Shown here: positions 58,046 to 64,000 of the stretch, one piece after another
Numbering within the stretch: position 1 is the first letter of the stretch
Layout of the letters: every line of letters begins with the position of its first letter
NCBI GenBank assembly: GCA_022825385.1
Contig: JAJDWX010000038.1
Coordinates: 79,717-143,716 of the forward strand
Source: Rhodothermales bacterium
GTDB lineage: Bacteria > Bacteroidota > Rhodothermia > Rhodothermales > VXPQ01
Length of the DNA stretch: 64,000 bases
Direction of reading: 5' to 3'
Notes under the pieces: model-generated
Seen by the model: only the letters and a program-made list of their open reading frames with translations
Databases searched by the model: none
Told to the model about the DNA's origin: nothing
Program-made: the position numbers and the translations under genes

Positions 58046-60003
58046 GACCGAGGATGCATCGTTCCCGCCCCCTTCCCCTGCTTGCGCTGCTTTGCGGATC
58101 GCTGCCCGCGGCGCTGCTTCCGGGGTGCGCCGGCGCCAGACTCGGCCCAACGGGCGAACAAGCCGCCGGTCCGCTGCCCGCCACGCGCGTCATCGCTCCG
58201 TTCGAGGTGTACAAGGGGAGCGGCGAAACCTACGCATATCCATTCCTTGGCGGATTCAACATGCCGAGACCCCAACTCCTCGATATCGATGCGGACGGGG
58301 ACCAGGATTTGTTCGTACAGGAACGCCCGAACGCCATCATGTTTTTCGAGCGCAACAACGCGGCGGAAGGCCCTGTATGGACCTGGCGCTCCGACAAGTA
58401 CGAAGCGCTCGACGTCGGCGAATGGTACCGCTTCGCCGATCTGGACGGGGACGGGGACTTCGATCTCCTCGCCGAACAGCCCTACAGTCATATGCGGTAC
58501 TACAAGAATGTCGGAACGGCCCGGGAGGCCCGCTTCGCGCACGCGGCGGACACCTTGCGGGACGCGGAGGGCGCCCCCGTATTTTCCGACCGGCAGAATA
58601 TCCCCAACGTAACCGACATAGACTGCGACGGCTTGCCGGACTTGTTCATTGGCCGCATCGACGGCACCGTCATGCGCTACGAAGCGACGGCAACCGAGCC
58701 GATCCCCGTATTCGAGGTCGTAACGGAAAATTTCGAAGACATTCGCATTGTGGCGCAGTTTGGACAGCCCGGCCTGCCCGCCCCGGCGGCGCTTCCGAAT
58801 ATTCCGGGAGATAATGAAATTTTCATGAACGACGGGCCGTCTCCGGGACGAGACCTTTTTGCGGAAGATGCGCGTATCCGCCCGGATCCGCTCCATGGAG
58901 CCAACACGATGACCTTCGCCGACATCGACGGCGACGAGGACCAGGATTTGTTTTGGGGGGATTTCTTCGAGCCGGGCCTGCTCTACATCGAAAATACGGG
59001 CGCCTGCGCGCGGCCTCGCTTGCGCGCTACGCCGGTTCCGTTTCCGGTCAACGACCCGCTCCAGTCCAGCGGATACAATGCCCCTTCCTTCGGCGACCTC
59101 GACGCGGATGGCGACATGGACCTCCTGGCGGGCGTCCTCGGGGGCGCGTTCAACCCGAACAAAACGGCGCAATCCAATCTGTACATGTACGAGCAACAGG
59201 GCGACGAACAGTTTACGCTGCGTACGACCCGTTTTCTGGACCAGATCGACGTGGGAAGCGACAGCTACCCCGTGCTGGTCGATCTGGATGCGGACGGCGA
59301 CGAAGACCTGCTTGTGGCCAACAAAATCTCGGCGGAAGACGGGCGCGGCGCCACCATGGCGTACTTTGAAAACGCGAACGGCGCATACCGCCCGGGCAAA
59401 GCGCCCGCCTTCTTTCCCGCGTACCACTACGCGCCGGCCTTCGGCGACCTGGACGACGACGGCGACCTGGACCTGCTGCTTGGCACATGGAACGACGGCA
59501 TTGCATGGTACCGCAACGAAGGCGCCCCCGACGCGCCGAACTTCGTATTGCAACAGCGGGGGTTCATTCGATTGACGCGAGGCAGCCACGCCACCCCGGT
59601 CCTCGTCGACATCGACGGCGACGACGACCTGGACCTGTTCGCAGGCGAAACGTCCGGAACGATCAACTTCTACCGGAATGCGGGCACGGCGGCCGCGCCC
59701 GTTTTCGAATTCGTTTCGGATAATTATGCGGACATCGACGTCGGACGCCGCAGCGTGCCCGTCTTCGTCGATGCGGACCGCGACGGCGACGCGGACCTGA
59801 TCGTCGGCAGCGAGCAGGAAGGCCTGTTGCTGTTCCGCAACGAAGGAAACCGGACGACGCCCCGATTCGGCGAGCGCGAACCGCTGCCGTACGAGACGCC
59901 GGAAGCCGCCGTCCCGGCCTTTGGCGATCCCGACGGCGACGGCCGCCTCGAACTTGTGCTTGGCGGATACAGCGGCGGACTCCTGTACTTCGACGGCCCG
60001 TGA
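58042..60003 (+). CDS. FG-GAP/VCBS repeat lipoprotein
   Basis: Lipobox LLPGCAG. More than 8 repeats of the D-x-D-x-D-G-D-x-D-L type (DIDADGDQDLF, DLDGDGDFDLL, DIDGDEDQDLF, DLDADGDMDLL...). ATGA overlap with the upstream gene. Confidence 0.8.
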   Translation: MRPRMHRSRPLPLLALLCGSLPAALLPGCAGARLGPTGEQAAGPLPATRVIAPFEVYKGSGETYAYPFLGGFNMPRPQLLDIDADGDQDLFVQERPNAIMFFERNNAAEGPVWTWRSDKYEALDVGEWYRFADLDGDGDFDLLAEQPYSHMRYYKNVGTAREARFAHAADTLRDAEGAPVFSDRQNIPNVTDIDCDGLPDLFIGRIDGTVMRYEATATEPIPVFEVVTENFEDIRIVAQFGQPGLPAPAALPNIPGDNEIFMNDGPSPGRDLFAEDARIRPDPLHGANTMTFADIDGDEDQDLFWGDFFEPGLLYIENTGACARPRLRATPVPFPVNDPLQSSGYNAPSFGDLDADGDMDLLAGVLGGAFNPNKTAQSNLYMYEQQGDEQFTLRTTRFLDQIDVGSDSYPVLVDLDADGDEDLLVANKISAEDGRGATMAYFENANGAYRPGKAPAFFPAYHYAPAFGDLDDDGDLDLLLGTWNDGIAWYRNEGAPDAPNFVLQQRGFIRLTRGSHATPVLVDIDGDDDLDLFAGETSGTINFYRNAGTAAAPVFEFVSDNYADIDVGRRSVPVFVDADRDGDADLIVGSEQEGLLLFRNEGNRTTPRFGEREPLPYETPEAAVPAFGDPDGDGRLELVLGGYSGGLLYFDGP

Positions 60004-61220
60004 AAACGTTCATCTCGTTTCCGGAGGCGCGGGACATCGTGCTAAAGCGCCTCCCCGGCCCGCGCGAAGACCAAACGGACCTCGACAAGGCGCTTGGCCA
60101 AACGCTGATCCGGCCCATCGTTGCGAAAGACGCGATCCCCCCGTTCGACAACTCGGCCATGGATGGCTTTGCGGTGCGCGCGCAGGACGTGCCGGCGGCG
60201 GGCGTTCGTTTGCCGCTTGCCGGCGAAATTCCCGCGGGATGCGCCGATGCGCCCGCGCTTGCGGCGGGCGCTTGCCTGCGCATCATGACAGGCGCCCCGT
60301 TGCCGAAAGGGGCGGACGCCGTACTGCCGGTCGAGGTCGCGGAAATACATGCGGCGAACCAGGCCGTAACCTTCCTGCAGGCGGCGACCCCGGGCAAGCA
60401 TGTGCGTCCTGCCGGGCAAGACATACGGCGCGGCGATACGGCGCTGGAAGCCGGTAAGACGCTGGCCCCCGCAGACCTTGCCGTACTCGCGGCGCTGGGA
60501 TACGCCAGGGTCCCGGTCGCGCATGCGCCGTCCGTATCGGTCGTCACCACGGGCAACGAACTCGTCGCGCCGTCCGAACCGCTGCGTCCCGGCGCCATTC
60601 GCAATGCGAACGCCCCCATGCTGGCGGCCCAGATCGCCACGGCGGGCGGGCGAGTGCACGGACACTTTCACGCCCGCGACGCGCGGACGGACGTTCGCCG
60701 CGCGCTCGAAGCCGCTCGTGAGGCCGACATGATGGTCGTATCGGGGGGCGTTTCCGTGGGCGCGTACGACATCGTGAAAGAAGTCCTGGAAGAGATGGGC
60801 CTCGCCATGCTGTTCTGGCGCGTGCGGCAGCGGCCCGGCAAACCGCTCGCCTTCGGGTTGCTGGAAGACAAGCCGGTGTTTGGCCTGCCGGGCAATCCGG
60901 TCTCTTCGGCGATCTGCTTCGAAGCCTACGTTCGCCCGGCTCTGGCCCGGATGCTGGGAAGGCGCCAGGTACTGCCCCGACTCGAACCCGCCGTACTGGA
61001 CAAGCCCATCGCCAAGAAAGAAGGTCTGCATCAGTTCGTGCCGGGGCGCGCCTGGCGGAAGGGCTCCCTGTGCGCCGTCGCGGCGGCGGGACCGCAAGGC
61101 TCCCACATCGTATCGTCGCTGGCGCGGGCGGACGGCCTCATTCACCTCGAAGAATCGCTGGGCGAAGCGCCTGCGGGCCTGTCCGTTCCGTTCGAGCGTT
61201 TCGTCTCCCCCCGCGCCTGA
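60000..61220 (+). CDS. moeA: Molybdopterin molybdenumtransferase
   Basis: GTG start overlaps the upstream stop (GTGA). IPPFDNSAMDGFAVRA; LRIMTGAPLPKGADAV; VSGGVSVGAYD; GLPGNPVSS. Confidence 0.9.
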   Translation: MKTFISFPEARDIVLKRLPGPREDQTDLDKALGQTLIRPIVAKDAIPPFDNSAMDGFAVRAQDVPAAGVRLPLAGEIPAGCADAPALAAGACLRIMTGAPLPKGADAVLPVEVAEIHAANQAVTFLQAATPGKHVRPAGQDIRRGDTALEAGKTLAPADLAVLAALGYARVPVAHAPSVSVVTTGNELVAPSEPLRPGAIRNANAPMLAAQIATAGGRVHGHFHARDARTDVRRALEAAREADMMVVSGGVSVGAYDIVKEVLEEMGLAMLFWRVRQRPGKPLAFGLLEDKPVFGLPGNPVSSAICFEAYVRPALARMLGRRQVLPRLEPAVLDKPIAKKEGLHQFVPGRAWRKGSLCAVAAAGPQGSHIVSSLARADGLIHLEESLGEAPAGLSVPFERFVSPRA

Positions 61221-61261
61221 CGGGTTCCAGCGGGAAGGCGAATCCAGGCCGTACGCCTGGC

Positions 61262-62242
61262 CTATCCCCCAATCAGAATCATCGGGCGGTTTTCCTGATC
61301 CACCAGTTGAAGCATGCCGGCGTGCGCGGCCTGCTTGCGCAGCACGGCGTTCCGGATCGCTTCGTCCAGTTCCCGATCCGAAGCCCCGCCCCGAAGCATA
61401 TCGCGCAAGCTGACCTCGGCCTGCCCGAACAGGCAGACTTTCAACGACCCGTCGGCAGTAAGCCGAAGCCGATTGCACGAGCCGCAGAATTTTTCGCTCA
61501 TCGACGCAATAAATCCTATCGTGCCCCGGTGCCCCGGAACGCGCCAGGTTCTCGCCGTGGCGTTCGGGTCGTCTTCGAGGCGCTGGAGGTCGGGGTAAAA
61601 CAGACCCATGCGCTCCAGCATGTCCGCGTAGGAAAAAAAGCCGGTTTCCGACCAGCCATTGCCCTGAAAAGGCATGTATTCGATGAACCGGACCGCAATG
61701 GGGACATGCCGGGTCCATTCCACGAAATCCAGCAATTCGTCGTCGTTTACCCCGCGCATCACGACGCAATTCACTTTCACCGGATCGTAGCCGTACGCCA
61801 TCGCCATCTCGATGGCCTGCAACACGTTTTCAAGACCGCCGCGGCGGGTAATCGTTTCGAATTTTTCGGGGACCAGGGTATCCAGGCTAATATTGATCGC
61901 ATCGAGTCCGGCGGCTCGGAGCCGGGGCAATTTTCGTGGCAACAGCATGCCGTTCGTGGTGAGCGCCAGCGTATCGAGCCCGGGCAAACGCCCCAGCATT
62001 TCCACCAGGTCTTCCACATGCTTGCGGACCAGCGGCTCTCCGCCCGTCAGGCGAATTTTATCGACGCCGCCGCAAACGAAAAGGCGGGCCAGGCGTTCGA
62101 TCTCCTCGAACGTAAGCAAATCGCTTCGGGGGGAAAGGTCTACCCCCTCTTCCGGCATGCAATACCGGCAGCGCAGGTTGCACCGCTCCGTAATGGAAAT
62201 GCGAAGCGCGGTATGCTTGCGTCCGAAGCGATCAACGAACAT
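61262..62242 (-). CDS. moaA: GTP 3',8-cyclase (radical SAM, molybdenum cofactor biosynthesis)
   Basis: The ORF start at 62251 is TTG; ATG 62242 gives [33 protein letters not shown]. The C-terminal [14 protein letters not shown] is the second-cluster motif. Confidence 0.9.
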   Translation of the reverse strand: MFVDRFGRKHTALRISITERCNLRCRYCMPEEGVDLSPRSDLLTFEEIERLARLFVCGGVDKIRLTGGEPLVRKHVEDLVEMLGRLPGLDTLALTTNGMLLPRKLPRLRAAGLDAINISLDTLVPEKFETITRRGGLENVLQAIEMAMAYGYDPVKVNCVVMRGVNDDELLDFVEWTRHVPIAVRFIEYMPFQGNGWSETGFFSYADMLERMGLFYPDLQRLEDDPNATARTWRVPGHRGTIGFIASMSEKFCGSCNRLRLTADGSLKVCLFGQAEVSLRDMLRGGASDRELDEAIRNAVLRKQAAHAGMLQLVDQENRPMILIGG

Positions 62243-62267
62243 AACGAACAACCAATAAAAACGGGCG

Positions 62268-62310
62268 AAAAAAACGGGCGGAACGGGACGTATACCCGAA
62301 CGCTTCGCCC
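62268..62310 (-). terminator. Terminator-like hairpin plus U7 tract in the moaA leader (possible attenuator or riboswitch expression platform)
   Basis: The minus strand reads GGGCG...(CGGG tatacgt CCCG)...CGCCC G TTTTTTT and ends 26 nt before the moaA ATG. A second CGCCCGTTTTT follows. Confidence 0.4.
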
Positions 62311-62630
62311 TCCGTTTCGATCCAGAGGCGCTTTCCTTGTCGCACGAGACAGATTCCCATGGCGTTGCTCCTCGCCCATCCGCTGGGCCTGGGCGCGGAA
62401 GGCATTTTCGTCAGCGTTGCAGCCACCCAGGTCGTCTACGCCGCCGTGGGCATTGCATGGTTCCAGCGCGGACGCTGGAAATCGCAAATTGTGTAAATGC
62501 GAAAACGAAAAATCGCGGGCGGCGGAATGAACGGCAATCCCCGAGAGTCCAATTTTTCGAAAGCCGCCGAAATCGAAACCGAACGCGACGCGGCTGTCCG
62601 CAACCCCCTTCACGCACACGATATCCAGAC

Positions 62631-63173
62631 ATGAAACGCCTCTTTCGCATTCTGGCCGGCGCGCTGACCATGACCGTCTGTCTTTCGCTGATCCGCCCTG
62701 CCCTCGCCCAGGAGGACGCCTCCACAGACTCCATCCAGGTCCATGTCGGCCCGGAGGACGTAAAGGTATCCGTTCGCAAGGACGCCGCCAGGGATTCCAC
62801 GGCCCATAAACGCGCCAGGCATCGCATGGGACATGGACACGGACATATGGACCACATGGGGCGCAAGGAGCACAGCCTTGAACGCATGACCGGGCATCTC
62901 GACCTTACGGAGGAACAAGCCGCCTCGGTCGAAGCCATACTCGAAGAGCATAAACAATCCATGGAAGAACTTGCAGAACGCCGCCAGGCGCTGCACGACG
63001 AACTGATGAACGCGCTGGGCGAAACGCTCGACGAGGAACAAATGGAAACGCTGAAAGAGCACATGTCTGGCCAGAAAAACGGTCGCAAGAAAGTCGTGAA
63101 AAAGAAGCGCGGAGAAGATCGGGAGCGCGGCAAGCGCATGCGCGGCAAAAGCGGACAAGGCCGCCAGCGATAA
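62631..63173 (+). CDS. Periplasmic Spy/CpxP-like (LTXXQ-motif) protein
   Basis: ORF trimmed to ATG 62631 (MKRLFRILAGALTMTVCLSLIRPALAQE, signal peptide). LDLTEEQAASVEAILEEH; highly charged helical C-terminus. Confidence 0.7.
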   Translation: MKRLFRILAGALTMTVCLSLIRPALAQEDASTDSIQVHVGPEDVKVSVRKDAARDSTAHKRARHRMGHGHGHMDHMGRKEHSLERMTGHLDLTEEQAASVEAILEEHKQSMEELAERRQALHDELMNALGETLDEEQMETLKEHMSGQKNGRKKVVKKKRGEDRERGKRMRGKSGQGRQR

Positions 63174-63198
63174 CCCGTCCGTCCGCAGAACCCGAAAG

Positions 63199-63251
63199 CG
63201 CCGGCGCGGTACGAACCGTTCGCAACTGTTCGCGCCGTCCGGCGTTTTTTT
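63199..63251 (+). terminator. GC-rich imperfect hairpin followed by T7
   Basis: CGCCGG (63199-63204) pairs with CCGGCG (63239-63244), with inner CGCG/CGCG pairing; T-run at 63245-63251. The stem is interrupted. Confidence 0.4.
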
Positions 63252-64000
63252 ATGGATATATCGCACCTGCACCGCGCCCTGCCCATGTTTCCCCCTTCCC
63301 CAAAAAGGTTTACGCTGGCTGCGCTGACCGCCGCCCTCTTTGCGGGGGGATGCGGAAGCGTTGTTTCGCTCACAAGTTCCGTCCCCGCCGAACCGGTCGT
63401 CGTGGACGCGCAACTGAACGAATGGGGCGGCAAATTAAATGCGCTAAGCGGCAGCGACGCCCTGCTGGTCGGCATGCAGAACGACGACGAACGCCTGTAC
63501 CTTGCGCTCAGCACCAGAAACGGAGCAAGCATCGGAAGCATTATGCGCGCCGGACTGATTATCTGGTTCGATCCCGACGGCGGCAAGAAGCAAGCGTTCG
63601 GCATTCGTTTTCCGCTGGGGCTGTCCATGGACGATACCGGCAATCGGCGTCTCAGCGAAGGCGCGGCGGGCGACCGCATTCGGATTCAGCGCTCCACGCA
63701 GGAAATGGAAATCATCGGGGCGGACGGACAAACGATGCGCAGGAACAAGGACGCCATTCCGGGGATCGTCGCCGCCCTCGAGGCGGACCAGGGGGTACTC
63801 ACCTACGAAATCGCCGTGCCCCTGGTCCCCGCCAGCGGGGTATTGTACGCCATTGGCGCAGAACCCGGTACGCAAATAGGCGTCGGCGTCGCGACCCCGG
63901 AAGAGTTCGTCGTCAATGTGGCGCAGCAACCGGGATTCGGGGGCTTGCCGGGCGGACGCATGGCCAGCGCAGAAGAACGGGGCTATCGGGGACCTCCTCC
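63252..64000 (+). CDS. Putative lipoprotein, partial (runs off the window end)
   Basis: Absent from the ORF track because there is no stop. I translated the frame from ATG 63252 to 64000 without finding a stop. An alternative ATG at 63285 gives MFPPSPKRFTLAALTAALFAGGCGS (lipobox). Confidence 0.55.
   Translation, partial: MDISHLHRALPMFPPSPKRFTLAALTAALFAGGCGSVVSLTSSVPAEPVVVDAQLNEWGGKLNALSGSDALLVGMQNDDERLYLALSTRNGASIGSIMRAGLIIWFDPDGGKKQAFGIRFPLGLSMDDTGNRRLSEGAAGDRIRIQRSTQEMEIIGADGQTMRRNKDAIPGIVAALEADQGVLTYEIAVPLVPASGVLYAIGAEPGTQIGVGVATPEEFVVNVAQQPGFGGLPGGRMASAEERGYRGPP

Overview
High-GC bacterial chromosome segment; sampled 60-nt lines are about 65% G+C. It probably comes from a Rhodothermus-like member of the Bacteroidota/Rhodothermota lineage. 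That guess rests on a T9SS-type C-terminal sorting domain and on a nuoJKLM-nhaD-pcd-nuoN gene order. All calls are from reading the sequence and the ORF track by eye; domain names are from memory and no searches were run. The ORF track prints M for TTG/GTG starts, so several starts were re-picked. The left ~15 kb is an accessory, defence-type region. It holds an NYN-like gene fragment, two AlbA_2/HATPase_c_4 proteins, an MmeI-family Type IIL R-M enzyme whose first ~60 nt are duplicated 1.7 kb upstream, an AT-rich orphan gene with a DUF559/Vsr-like nuclease domain, a photolyase, and a ~4 kb AT-rich island. The main result is in that island. An ABC-type ATPase + DUF4276 gene pair has been split by a 1.8 kb cassette with no transposase. 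The cassette is bounded by ~27-48 bp terminal inverted repeats and an exact 8-bp target-site duplication (GCTCTGTT), and it carries only a DNA methyltransferase-HNH nuclease fusion. Removing it in silico rebuilds a 227-codon DUF4276 ORF whose ATG overlaps the ATPase stop codon (TGATG). The rest of the window is mostly housekeeping: thiolase, a DUF1501/PSD1 pair, egtBD, an alpha-glucan cluster (malQ, glgX, glgE, glgB), sod, queE, the distal nuo operon, alkaline phosphatase, mdh, an ECF sigma factor, an APH-M23-aminotransferase fusion, secreted beta-propeller/FG-GAP proteins, moeA and moaA. Other points worth a second look: four operator-like palindromes phased at exactly 31 bp, a 5 x 11-bp tandem repeat inside the thiolase 3' end, a 3 x 24-bp repeat after a TGA-TAA-TAG triple stop, an AT-rich M15-peptidase lipoprotein module, an unannotated 53-codon lipoprotein ORF with ATGA coupling, and a terminator-type leader upstream of moaA.
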